Part shown: in pieces, positions 37,781 to 51,300 of the stretch
How the letters are laid out: each line of letters opens with the position of its first letter
How positions within the stretch are numbered: the first letter of the stretch is position 1
NCBI GenBank assembly: GCA_964016885.1
Contig: OZ024744.1
Span: 3,348,001-3,412,000, forward strand
Length of the DNA: 64,000 bases
Source of the DNA: Eledone cirrhosa
Taxonomy: Eukaryota
Direction of reading: 5' to 3'
Position numbers and translations under genes: made by a program
The notes under the pieces: model-generated
Databases searched by the model: none
What the model saw: the letters and a program-made list of their open reading frames with translations, nothing else
What the model was told of the DNA's origin: nothing

Positions 37781-40700
37781 AGGGAAGACAATGTAGAGAA
37801 AGATAGCTTGGTGAAGAACGAAGTTTTGGGGGGAAGACAAGGTAGAGAAAGATAGCTTGGTGAAGAACGACGTTTTGAGGGAAGACAAGGTAGAGAAAGA
37901 TAGCTTGGTGAAGAACGAAGTTTTGAGGGAAGACAAGGTAGAGAAAGATAGCTTGGTGAAGAACGACGTTTTGTGGGAAGACAAGGTAGATAAAGATAGC
38001 TTGGTGAAGAACGAAGTTTTGTGGGAAGACAAGGTAGAGAAAGATAGCTTGGTGAAGAACGAAGTTTTGGGGGAAGACAAGGTAGAGAAAGATAGCTTGG
38101 TGAAGAACGAAGTTTTGGGGGAAGACAAGGTAGAGAAAGATAGCTTGGTGAACAACGAAGTTTTGGGGGAAGACAAGGTAGAGAAAGATAGCTTGGTGAA
38201 GAACGAAGTTTTGGGGAAGACAATGTAGAGAAAGATATATTGGTGAAGAACGAAGTTTTGGGGGAAGACAAGGTAGAGAAAGATAGCTTGGTGAAGAACG
38301 AAGTTTTGAGGGAAGACAAGGTAGAGAAAGATAGCTTGGTGAATAACGAAGTTTTGGGAGAAGACAAGGTAGAGAAAGATAGCGTGGTGAAGAACGACGT
38401 TTTGAGGGAAGACAAGGTAGAGAAAGATAGCTTGGTGAAGAACGAAGTTTTGGGGGAAGACAAGGTAGAGAAAGATAGCTTGGTGAATAACGAAGTTTTG
38501 GGAGAAGACAAGGTAGAGAAAGATAGCGTGGTGAAGAACGACGTTTTGAGGGAAGACAAGGTAGAGAAAGATAGCTTGGTGAAGAACGAAGTTTTGGGGG
38601 AAGACAAGGTAGAGAAAGATAGCTTGGTGAAGAACGAAGTTTTGGGGAAGACAATGTAGAGAAAGATAGCTTGGTGAAGAACGAAGTTTTGGGGGAAGAC
38701 AAGGTAGAGAAAGATAGCTTGGTGAAGAACGAAGTTTTGGGGGGAAGACAAGGTAGAGAAAGATAGCTTGGTGAAGAACGAAGTTTTGGGGGAAGACAAG
38801 GTAGAGAAAGATAGCTTGGTGAAGAACGAAGTTTTGAGGGAAGACAAGGTATAGAAAGATAGCTTGGTGAATAACGAAGTTTTGGGAGAAGACAAGGTCG
38901 AGAAAGATAGCTTGGTGAAGAACGAAGTTTTGAGGGAAGACAATGTAGAGAAAGATAGCTTGGTGAAGAACGAAGTTTTGGGGGGAAGACAAGGTAGAGA
39001 AAGATAGCTTGGTGAAGAACGACGTTTTGAGGGAAGACAAGGTAGAGAAAGATAGCTTGGTGAAGAACGAAGTTTTGAGGGAAGACAAGGTAGAGAAAGA
39101 TAGCTTGGTGAAGAACGACGTTTTGTGGGAAGACAAGGTAGAGAAAGATAGCTTGGTGAAGAACGAAGTTTTGTGGGAAGACAAGGTAGAGAAAGATAGC
39201 TTGGTGAAGAACGAAGTTTTGGGGGAAGACAAGGTAGAGAAAGATAGCTTGGTGAAGAACGAAGTTTTGGGGGAAGACAAGGTAGAGAAAGATAGCTTGG
39301 TGAACAACGAAGTTTTGGGGGAAGACAAGGTAGAGAAAGATAGCTTGGTGAAGAACGAAGTTTTGGGGAAGACAATGTAGAGAAAGATATATTGGTGAAG
39401 AACGAAGTTTTGGGGGAAGACAAGGTAGAGAAAGATAGCTTGGTGAAGAACGAAGTTTTGAGGGAAGACAAGGTAGAGAAAGATAGCTTGGTGAATAACG
39501 AAGTTTTGGGAGAAGACAAGGTAGAGAAAGATAGCGTGGTGAAGAACGACGTTTTGAGGGAAGACAAGGTAGAGAAAGATAGCTTGGTGAAGAACGAAGT
39601 TTTGGGGGAAGACAAGGTAGAGAAAGATAGCTTGGTGAATAACGAAGTTTTGGGAGAAGACAAGGTAGAGAAAGATAGCGTGGTGAAGAACGACGTTTTG
39701 AGGGAAGACAAGGTAGAGAAAGATAGCTTGGTGAAGAACGAAGTTTTGGGGGAAGACAAGGTAGAGAAAGATAGCTTGGTGAAGAACGAAGTTTTGGGGA
39801 AGACAATGTAGAGAAAGATAGCTTGGTGAAGAACGAAGTTTTGGGGGAAGACAAGGTAGAGAAAGATAGCTTGGTGAAGAACGAAGTTTTGGGGGGAAGA
39901 CAAGGTAGAGAAAGATAGCTTGGTGAAGAACGACCTTTTGAGGGAAGACAAGGTAGAGAAAGATAGCTTGGTGAAGAACGAAGTTATGGGGAAGACAATG
40001 TAGAGAAAGATAGCTTGGTGAAGAACGAAGTTTTGGGGGAAGACAAGGTAGAGAAAGATAGCTTGGTGAAGAACGAAGTTCTGAGGGAAGACAAGGTAGA
40101 GAAAGATAGATTGGTGAAGAACGAAGTTTTGGGAGAAGACAAGGTAGAGAAAGATATCTTGGTGAAGAACGAAGTTTTGACGGAAGACAAGGTAGAGAAA
40201 GATAGCTTGGTGAAGAATGACGTTTTGTGGGAAGACAAGGTAGAGAAAGATAGGTTGGTGAAGAACGAAGTTTTGGGGGAAGACAAGGTAGAGAAAGATA
40301 GATTGGTGAAGAACGAAGTTTTGAGGGATGACAAGGTAGAGAAAGATGACTTGGTGAAGAACGAAGTTTTGGGGGAAGACAAGGTAGAGAAAGATAGCTT
40401 GGTGAAGAACGAAGTTTTGGGGGAAGACAAGGTAGAGTAAGATAGCTTGGTGAAGAACGAAGTTTTGGGGGAAGACAAGGTAGAGAAAGATAGCTTGGTG
40501 AAGAACGATGTTTTGGGGAAGACAATGTAGAGAAAGATAGCTTGGTGAAGAACGAAGTTTTGAGGGAAGACAAGGTATAGAAAGATAGCTTGGTGAATAA
40601 CGAAGTTTTGGGAGAAGACAAGGTCGAGAAAGATAGCTTGGTGAAGAACGAAGTTTTGAGGGAAAACAATGTAGAGAAAGATAGCTTGGTGAAGAACGAA

Positions 40701-43700
40701 GTTTTGGGGGAAGACAAGGTAGAGAAAGATAGCTTGGTGAAGAACGAAGTTTTGGGGGAAGACAAGGTAGAGAAAGATAGCTTGGTGAAGGACGAAGTTT
40801 TGAGGGAAGACAAGGTAGAGAAAGATAGCTTGGTGAAGAACGACGTTTTGTGGGAAGACAAGGTAGAGAAAGATAGCTTGGTGAAGAACGAAGTTTTGTG
40901 GGAAGACAAGGTAGAGAAAGATAGCTTGGTGAAGAACGAAGTTTTGGGGGAAGACAAGGTAGAGAAAGATAGCTTGGTGAAAAACGAAGTTTTGGGGGAA
41001 GACAAGGTAGAGAAAGATAGCTTGGTGAACAACGAAGTTTTGGGGGAAGACAAGGTAGAGAAAGATAGCTTGGTGAAGAACGAAGTTTTGGGGAAGACAA
41101 TGTAGAGAAAGATATATTGGTGAAGAACGAAGTTTTGGGGGAAGACAAGGTAGAGAAAAATAGCTTGGTGAAGAACGAAGTTTTGAGGGAAGACAAGGTA
41201 GAGAAAGATAGCTTGGTGAATAACGAAGTTTTGGGAGAAGACAAGGTAGAGAAAGATAGCTTGGTGAAGAACGACGTTTTGAGGGAAGACAAGGTAGAGA
41301 AAGATAGCTTGGTGAAGAACGAAGTTTTGGGGAAGACAATGTAGAGAAAGATAGCTTGGTGAAGAACGAAGTTTTGGGGGAAGACAAGGTAGAGAAAGAT
41401 AGCTTGGTGAAGAACGAAGTTTTGGGGGGAAGACAAGGTAGAGAAAGATAGCTTGGTGAAGAACGACGTTTTGAGGGAAGACAAGGTAGAGAAAGATAGC
41501 TTGGTGAAGAACGAAGTTATGGGGAAGACAATGTAGAGAAAGATAGCTTGGTGAAGAACGAAGTTTTGAGGGAAGACAAGGTAGAGAAAGATAGCTTGGT
41601 GAAGAACGACGTTTTGTGGGAAGACAAGGTAGAGAAAGATAGCTTGGTGAAGAACGAAGTTTTGGGGGAAGACAAGGTAGAGAAAGATAGCTTGGTGAAG
41701 AACGAAGTTTTGGGGGAAGACAAGGTAGAGAAAGATAGCTTGGTGAACAACGAAGTTTTGGGGGAAGACAAGGTAGAGAAAGATAGCTTGGTGAAGAACG
41801 AAGTTTTGGGGAAGACAATGTAGAGAAAGATATATTGGTGAAGAACGAAGTTTTGGGGGAAGACAAGGTAGAGAAAGATAGCTTGGTGAAGAACGAAGTT
41901 TTGAGGGAAGACAAGGTAGAGAAAGATAGCTTGGTGAATAACGAAGTTTTGGGAGAAGACAAGGTAGAGAAAGATAGCGTGGTGAAGAACGACGTTTTGA
42001 GGGAAGACAAGGTAGAGAAAGATAGCTTGGTGAAGAACGAAGTTTTGGGGGAAGACAAGGTAGAGAAAGATAGCTTGGTGAAGAACGAAGTTTTGGGGAA
42101 GACAATGTAGAGAAAGATAGCTTGGTGAAGAACGAAGTTTTGGGGGAAGACAAGGTAGAGAAAGATAGCTTGGTGAAGAACGAAGTTTTGGGGGGAAGAC
42201 AAGGTAGAGAAAGATAGCTTGGTGAAGAACGACGTTTTGAGGGAAGACAAGGTAGAGAAAGATAGCTTGGTGAAGAACGAAGTTTTGAGGGAAGACAAGG
42301 TAGAGAAAGATAGCTTGGTGAAGAACGACGTTTTGTGGGAAGACAAGGTAGAGAAAGATAGCTTGGTGAAGAACGAAGTTTTGTGGGAAGACAAGGTAGA
42401 GAAAGATAGCTTGGTGAAGAACGAAGTTTTGGGGGAAGACAAGGTAGAGAAAGATAGCTTGGTGAAGAACGAAGTTTTGGGGGAAGACAAGGTAGAGAAA
42501 GATAGCTTGGTGAACAACGAAGTTTTGGGGGAAGACAAGGTAGAGAAAGATAGCTTGGTGAAGAACGAAGTTTTGGGGAAGACAATGTAGAGAAAGATAT
42601 ATTGGTGAAGAACGAAGTTTTGGGGGAAGACAAGGTAGAGAAAGATAGCTTGGTGAAGAACGAAGTTTTGAGGGAAGACAAGGTAGAGAAAGATAGCTTG
42701 GTGAATAACGAAGTTTTGGGAGAAGACAAGGTAGAGAAAGATAGCGTGGTGAAGAACGACGTTTTGAGGGAAGACAAGGTAGAGAAAGATAGCTTGGTGA
42801 AGAACGAAGTTTTGGGGGAAGACAAGGTAGAGAAAGATAGCTTGGTGAATAACGAAGTTTTGGGAGAAGACAAGGTAGAGAAAGATAGCGTGGTGAAGAA
42901 CGACGTTTTGAGGGAAGACAAGGTAGAGAAAGATAGCTTGGTGAAGAACGAAGTTTTGGGGGAAGACAAGGTAGAGAAAGATAGCTTGGTGAAGAACGAA
43001 GTTTTGGGGAAGACAATGTAGAGAAAGATAGCTTGGTGAAGAACGAAGTTTTGGGGGAAGACAAGGTAGAGAAAGATAGCTTGGTGAAGAACGAAGTTTT
43101 GGGGGGAAGACAAGGTAGAGAAAGATAGCTTGGTGAAGAACGACGTTTTGAGGGAAGACAAGGTAGAGAAAGATAGCTTGGTGAAGAACGAAGTTATGGG
43201 GAAGACAATGTAGAGAAAGATAGCTTGGTGAAGAACGAAGTTTTGGGGGAAGACAAGGTAGAGAAAGATAGCTTGGTGAAGAACGAAGTTCTGAGGGAAG
43301 ACAAGGTAGAGAAAGATAGATTGGTGAAGAACGAAGTTTTGGGAGAAGACAAGGTAGAGAAAGATATCTTGGTGAAGAACGAAGTTTTGACGGAAGACAA
43401 GGTAGAGAAAGATAGCTTGGTGAATAACGAAGTTTTGGGAGAAGACAAGGTCGAGAAAGATAGCTTGGTGAAGAACGAAGTTTTGAGGGAAGACAATGTA
43501 GAGAAAGATAGCTTGGTGAAGAACGAAGTTTTGGGGGGAAGACAAGGTAGAGAAAGATAGCTTGGTGAAGAACGACGTTTTGTGGGAAGACAAGGTAGAG
43601 AAAGATAGCTTGGTGAAGAACGAAGTTTTGTGGGAAGACAAGGTAGAGAAAGATAGCTTGGTGAAGAACGAAGTTTTGGGGGAAGACAAGGTAGAGAAAG

Positions 43701-46700
43701 ATAGCTTGGTGAAGAACGAAGTTTTGGGGGAAGACAAGGTAGAGAAAGATAGCTTGGTGAACAACGAAGTTTTGGGGGAAGACAAGGTAGAGAAAGATAG
43801 CTTGGTGAAGAACGAAGTTTTGGGGAAGACAATGTAGAGAAAGATATATTGGTGAAGAACGAAGTTTTGGGGGAAGACAAGGTAGAGAAAGATAGCTTGG
43901 TGAAGAACGAAGTTTTGAGGGAAGACAAGGTAGAGAAAGATAGCTTGGTGAATAACGAAGTTTTGGGAGAAGACAAGGTAGAGAAAGATAGCGTGGTGAA
44001 GAACGACGTTTTGAGGGAAGACAAGGTAGAGAAAGATAGCTTGGTGAAGAACGAAGTTTTGGGGGAAGACAAGGTAGAGAAAGATAGCTTGGTGAATAAC
44101 GAAGTTTTGGGAGAAGACAAGGTAGAGAAAGATAGCGTGGTGAAGAACGACGTTTTGAGGGAAGACAAGGTAGAGAAAGATAGCTTGGTGAAGAACGAAG
44201 TTTTGGGGGAAGACAAGGTAGAGAAAGATAGCTTGGTGAAGAACGAAGTTTTGGGGAAGACAATGTAGAGAAAGATAGCTTGGTGAAGAACGAAGTTTTG
44301 GGGGAAGACAAGGTAGAGAAAGATAGCTTGGTGAAGAACGAAGTTTTGGGGGGAAGACAAGGTAGAGAAAGATAGCTTGGTGAAGAACGAAGTTTTGGGG
44401 GAAGACAAGGTAGAGAAAGATAGCTTGGTGAAGAACGAAGTTTTGAGGGAAGACAAGGTATAGAAAGATAGCTTGGTGAATAACGAAGTTTTGGGAGAAG
44501 ACAAGGTCGAGAAAGATAGCTTGGTGAAGAACGAAGTTTTGAGGGAAGACAATGTAGAGAAAGATAGCTTGGTGAAGAACGAAGTTTTGGGGGGAAGACA
44601 AGGTAGAGAAAGATAGCTTGGTGAAGAACGACGTTTTGAGGGAAGACAAGGTAGAGAAAGATAGCTTGGTGAAGAACGAAGTTTTGAGGGAAGACAAGGT
44701 AGAGAAAGATAGCTTGGTGAAGAACGACGTTTTGTGGGAAGACAAGGTAGAGAAAGATAGCTTGGTGAAGAACGAAGTTTTGTGGGAAGACAAGGTAGAG
44801 AAAGATAGCTTGGTGAAGAACGAAGTTTTGGGGGAAGACAAGGTAGAGAAAGATAGCTTGGTGAAGAACGAAGTTTTGGGGGAAGACAAGGTAGAGAAAG
44901 ATAGCTTGGTGAACAACGAAGTTTTGGGGGAAGACAAGGTAGAGAAAGATAGCTTGGTGAAGAACGAAGTTTTGGGGAAGACAATGTAGAGAAAGATATA
45001 TTGGTGAAGAACGAAGTTTTGGGGGAAGACAAGGTAGAGAAAGATAGCTTGGTGAAGAACGAAGTTTTGAGGGAAGACAAGGTAGAGAAAGATAGCTTGG
45101 TGAATAACGAAGTTTTGGGAGAAGACAAGGTAGAGAAAGATAGCGTGGTGAAGAACGACGTTTTGAGGGAAGACAAGGTAGAGAAAGATAGCTTGGTGAA
45201 GAACGAAGTTTTGGGGGAAGACAAGGTAGAGAAAGATAGCTTGGTGAATAACGAAGTTTTGGGAGAAGACAAGGTAGAGAAAGATAGCGTGGTGAAGAAC
45301 GACGTTTTGAGGGAAGACAAGGTAGAGAAAGATAGCTTGGTGAAGAACGAAGTTTTGGGGGAAGACAAGGTAGAGAAAGATAGCTTGGTGAAGAACGAAG
45401 TTTTGGGGAAGACAATGTAGAGAAAGATAGCTTGGTGAAGAACGAAGTTTTGGGGGAAGACAAGGTAGAGAAAGATAGCTTGGTGAAGAACGAAGTTTTG
45501 GGGGGAAGACAAGGTAGAGAAAGATAGCTTGGTGAAGAACGAAGTTTTGGGGGAAGACAAGGTAGAGAAAGATAGCTTGGTGAAGAACGAAGTTTTGAGG
45601 GAAGACAAGGTATAGAAAGATAGCTTGGTGAATAACGAAGTTTTGGGAGAAGACAAGGTCGAGAAAGATAGCTTGGTGAAGAACGAAGTTTTGAGGGAAG
45701 ACAATGTAGAGAAAGATAGCTTGGTGAAGAACGAAGTTTTGGGGGGAAGACAAGGTAGAGAAAGATAGCTTGGTGAAGAACGACGTTTTGAGGGAAGACA
45801 AGGTAGAGAAAGATAGCTTGGTGAAGAACGAAGTTTTGAGGGAAGACAAGGTAGAGAAAGATAGCTTGGTGAAGAACGACGTTTTGTGGGAAGACAAGGT
45901 AGAGAAAGATAGCTTGGTGAAGAACGAAGTTTTGTGGGAAGACAAGGTAGAGAAAGATAGCTTGGTGAAGAACGAAGTTTTGGGGGAAGACAAGGTAGAG
46001 AAAGATAGCTTGGTGAAGAACGAAGTTTTGGGGGAAGACAAGGTAGAGAAAGATAGCTTGGTGAACAACGAAGTTTTGGGGGAAGACAAGGTAGAGAAAG
46101 ATAGCTTGGTGAAGAACGAAGTTTTGGGGAAGACAATGTAGAGAAAGATATATTGGTGAAGAACGAAGTTTTGGGGGAAGACAAGGTAGAGAAAGATAGC
46201 TTGGTGAAGAACGAAGTTTTGAGGGAAGACAAGGTAGAGAAAGATAGCTTGGTGAATAACGAAGTTTTGGGAGAAGACAAGGTAGAGAAAGATAGCGTGG
46301 TGAAGAACGACGTTTTGAGGGAAGACAAGGTAGAGAAAGATAGCTTGGTGAAGAACGAAGTTTTGGGGGAAGACAAGGTAGAGAAAGATAGCTTGGTGAA
46401 TAACGAAGTTTTGGGAGAAGACAAGGTAGAGAAAGATAGCGTGGTGAAGAACGACGTTTTGAGGGAAGACAAGGTAGAGAAAGATAGCTTGGTGAAGAAC
46501 GAAGTTTTGGGGGAAGACAAGGTAGAGAAAGATAGCTTGGTGAAGAACGAAGTTTTGGGGAAGACAATGTAGAGAAAGATAGCTTGGTGAAGAACGAAGT
46601 TTTGGGGGAAGACAAGGTAGAGAAAGATAGCTTGGTGAAGAACGAAGTTTTGGGGGGAAGACAAGGTAGAGAAAGATAGCTTGGTGAAGAACGACCTTTT

Positions 46701-48329
46701 GAGGGAAGACAAGGTAGAGAAAGATAGCTTGGTGAAGAACGAAGTTATGGGGAAGACAATGTAGAGAAAGATAGCTTGGTGAAGAACGAAGTTTTGGGGG
46801 AAGACAAGGTAGAGAAAGATAGCTTGGTGAAGAACGAAGTTCTGAGGGAAGACAAGGTAGAGAAAGATAGATTGGTGAAGAACGAAGTTTTGGGAGAAGA
46901 CAAGGTAGAGAAAGATATCTTGGTGAAGAACGAAGTTTTGACGGAAGACAAGGTAGAGAAAGATAGCTTGGTGAAGAATGACGTTTTGTGGGAAGACAAG
47001 GTAGAGAAAGATAGGTTGGTGAAGAACGAAGTTTTGGGGGAAGACAAGGTAGAGAAAGATAGATTGGTGAAGAACGAAGTTTTGAGGGATGACAAGGTAG
47101 AGAAAGATGACTTGGTGAAGAACGAAGTTTTGGGGGAAGACAAGGTAGAGAAAGATAGCTTGGTGAAGAACGAAGTTTTGGGGGAAGACAAGGTAGAGTA
47201 AGATAGCTTGGTGAAGAACGAAGTTTTGGGGGAAGACAAGGTAGAGAAAGATAGCTTGGTGAAGAACGATGTTTTGGGGAAGACAATGTAGAGAAAGATA
47301 GCTTGGTGAAGAACGAAGTTTTGAGGGAAGACAAGGTATAGAAAGATAGCTTGGTGAATAACGAAGTTTTGGGAGAAGACAAGGTCGAGAAAGATAGCTT
47401 GGTGAAGAACGAAGTTTTGAGGGAAAACAATGTAGAGAAAGATAGCTTGGTGAAGAACGAAGTTTTGGGGAAAGACAAGGTAGAGAAAGATAGCTTGGTG
47501 AAGAACGAAGTTTTGGGGGAAGACAAGGTAGAGAAAGATAGCTTGGTGAAGGACGAAGTTTTGAGGGAAGACAAGGTAGAGAAAGATAGCTTGGTGAAGA
47601 ACGACGTTTTGTGGGAAGACAAGGTAGAGAAAGATAGCTTGGTGAAGAACGAAGTTTTGTGGGAAGACAAGGTAGAGAAAGATAGCTTGGTGAAGAACGA
47701 AGTTTTGGGGGAAGACAAGGTAGAGAAAGATAGCTTGGTGAAAAACGAAGTTTTGGGGGAAGACAAGGTAGAGAAAGATAGCTTGGTGAACAACGAAGTT
47801 TTGGGGGAAGACAAGGTAGAGAAAGATAGCTTGGTGAAGAACGAAGTTTTGGGGAAGACAATGTAGAGAAAGATATATTGGTGAAGAACGAAGTTTTGGG
47901 GGAAGACAAGGTAGAGAAAAATAGCTTGGTGAAGAACGAAGTTTTGAGGGAAGACAAGGTAGAGAAAGATAGCTTGGTGAATAACGAAGTTTTGGGAGAA
48001 GACAAGGTAGAGAAAGATAGCTTGGTGAAGAACGACGTTTTGAGGGAAGACAAGGTAGAGAAAGATAGCTTGGTGAAGAACGAAGTTTTGGGGAAGACAA
48101 TGTAGAGAAAGATAGCTTGGTGAAGAACGAAGTTTTGGGGGAAGACAAGGTAGAGAAAGATAGCTTGGTGAAGAACGAAGTTTTGGGGGGAAGACAAGGT
48201 AGAGAAAGATAGCTTGGTGAAGAACGACGTTTTGAGGGAAGACAAGGTAGAGAAAGATAGCTTGGTGAAGAACGAAGTTATGGGGAAGACAATGTAGAGA
48301 AAGATAGCTTGGTGAAGAACGAAGTTTTG
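35394..48329 (+). repeat. Near-tandem duplication at offset 6,761 (35394-41568 versus 42155-48329), with internal 1,152-bp repeats
   Basis: More than a dozen ORF pairs share this offset (e.g. 36464/43225, 37857/44618, 40015/46776, 41117/47878). Private shared variants are GACCTTTT (39935/46696) and GAAAAATAGC (41159/47920). Confidence 0.92.
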
Positions 48330-51300
48330 GGGGAAGACAAGGTAGAGAAAGATAGCTTGGTGAAGAACGATGTTTTGGGGAAGACAATGTAGAGAAAGAT
48401 AGCTTGGTGAAGAACGAAGTTTTGGGGGAAGACAAGGTAGAGAAAGATAGCTTGGTGAAGAACGAAGTTTTGAGGGAAGACAAGGTATAGAAAGATAGCT
48501 TGGTGAATAACGAAGTTTTGGGAGAAGACAAGGTCGAGAAAGATAGCTTGGTGAAGAACGAAGTTTTGAGGGAAGACAATGTAGAGAAAGATAGCTTGGT
48601 GAAGAACGAAGTTTTGGGGGAAGACAAGGTAGAGAAAGATAGCTTGGTGAAGAACGAAGTTTTGAGGGAAGACAAGGTAGAGAAAGATAGCTTGGTGAAG
48701 AACGACGTTTTGTGGGAAGACAAGGTAGAGAAAGATAGCTTGGTGAAGAACGAAGTTTTGTGGGAAGACAAGGTAGAGAAAGATAGCTTGGTGAAGAACG
48801 AAGTTTTGGGGGAAGACAAGGTAGAGAAAGATAGCTTGGTGAAGAACGAAGTTTTGGGGGAAGACAAGGTAGAGAAAGATAGCTTGGTGAACAACGAAGT
48901 TTTGGGGGAAGACAAGGTAGAGAAAGATAGCTTGGTGAAGAACGAAGTTTTGGGGAAGACAATGTAGAGAAAGATATATTGGTGAAGAACGAAGTTTTGG
49001 GGGAAGACAAGGTAGAGAAAGATAGCTTGGTGAAGAACGAAGTTTTGAGGGAAGACAAGGTAGAGAAAGATAGCTTGGTGAATAACGAAGTTTTGGGAGA
49101 AGACAAGGTAGAGAAAGATAGCGTGGTGAAGAACGACGTTTTGAGGGAAGACAAGGTAGAGAAAGATAGCTTGGTGAAGAACGAAGTTTTGGGGGAAGAC
49201 AAGGTAGAGAAAGATAGCTTGGTGAAGAACGAAGTTTTGGGGAAGACAATGTAGAGAAAGATAGCTTGGTGAAGAACGAAGTTTTGGGGGAAGACAAGGT
49301 AGAGAAAGATAGCTTGGTGAAGAACGAAGTTTTGGGGGGAAGACAAGGTAGAGAAAGATAGCTTGGTGAAGAACGACGTTTTGAGGGAAGACAAGGTAGA
49401 GAAAGATAGCTTGGTGAAGAACGAAGTTATGGGGAAGACAATGTAGAGAAAGATAGCTTGGTGAAGAACGAAGTTTTGGGGGAAGACAAGGTAGACAAAG
49501 ATAGCTTGGTGAAGAACGAAGTTCTGAGGGAAGACAAGGTAGAGAAAGATAGCTTGGTGAAGAACGAAGTTTTGGGAGAAGACAAGGTAGAGAAAGATAT
49601 CTTGGTGAAGAACGAAGTTTTGACGGAAGACAAGGTAGAGAAAGATAGCTTGGTGAAGAATGACGTTTTGTGGGAAGACAAGGTAGAGAAAGATAGGTTG
49701 GTGAAGAACGAAGTTTTGTGTGAAGACAAGCTAGAGAAAGATAGCTTGGTGAAGAACGAAGTTTTGGGGGAAGACAAGGTAGAGAAAGATAGATTGGTGA
49801 AGAACGAAGTTTTGAGGGATGACAAGGTAGAGAAAGATGACTTGGTGAAGAACGAAGTTTTGGGGGAAGACAAGGTAGAGAAAGATAGCTTGGTGAAGAA
49901 CGAAGTTTTGGGGGAAGGCAAGGTAGAGAAAGATAGCTTGGTGAAGAACGAAGTTTTGGGGGAAGACAAGGTAGAGAAAGATAGCTTGGTGAAGAACGAT
50001 GTTTTGGGGAAGACAATGTAGAGAAAGATAGCTTGGTGAAGAACGAAGTTTTGAGGGAAGACAAGGTATAGAAAGATAGCTTGGTGAATAACGAAGTTTT
50101 GGGAGAAGACAAGGTCGAGAAAGATAGCTTGGTGAAGAACGAAGTTTTGAGGGAAAACAATGTAGAGAAAGATAGCTTGGTGAAGAACGAAGTTTTGGGG
50201 GAAGACAAGGTAGAGAAAGATAGCTTGGTGAAGAACGAAGTTTTGGGGGAAGACAAGGTAGAGAAAGATAGCTTGGTGAAGGACGAAGTTTTGAGGGAAG
50301 ACAAGGTAGAGAAAGATAGCTTGGTGAAGAACGACGTTTTGTGGGAAGACAAGGTAGAGAAAGATAGCTTGGTGAAGAACGAAGTTTTGTGGGAAGACAA
50401 GGTAGAGAAAGATAGCTTGGTGAAGAACGAAGTTTTGGGGGAAGACAAGGTAGAGAAAGATAGCTTGGTGAAAAACGAAGTTTTGGGGGAAGACAAGGTA
50501 GAGAAAGATAGCTTGGTGAACAACGAAGTTTTGGGGGAAGACAAGGTAGAGAAAGATAGCTTGGTGAAGAACGAAGTTTTGGGGAAGACAATGTAGAGAA
50601 AGATATATTGGTGAAGAACGAAGTTTTGGGGGAAGACAAGGTAGAGAAAGATAGCTTGGTGAAGAACGAAGTTTTGAGGGAAGACAAGGTAGAGAAAGAT
50701 AGCTTGGTGAATAACGAAGTTTTGGGAGAAGACAAGGTATAGAAAGATAGCTTGGTGAAGAACGACGTTCTGAGGGAAGACAAGGTAGAGAAAGATAGAT
50801 TGGTGAAGAACGAAGTTTTGGGAGAAGACAAGGTAGAGAAAGATATCTTGGTGAAGAACGAAGTTTTGACGGAAGACAAGGTAGAGAAAGATAGCTTGGT
50901 GAAGAATGACGTTTTGTGGGAAGACAAGGTAGAGAAAGATAGGTTGGTGAAGAACGAAGTTTTGTGTGAAGACAAGCTAGAGAAAGATAGCTTGGTGAAG
51001 AACGAAGTTTTGGGGGAAGACAAGGTAGAGAAAGATAGATTGGTGAAGAACGAAGTTTTGAGGGATGACAAGGTAGAGAAAGATGACTTGGTGAAGAACG
51101 AAGTTTTGGGGGAAGACAAGGTAGAGAAAGATAGCTTGGTGAAGAACGAAGTTTTGGGGGAGGACAAGGTAGAGTAAGATAGCTTGGTGAAGAACGAAGT
51201 TTTGGGGGAAGACAAGGTAGAGAAAGATAGCTTGGTGAAGAACGATGTTTTGGGGAAGACAATGTAGAGAAAGATAGCTTGGTGAAGAACGAAGTTTTGA

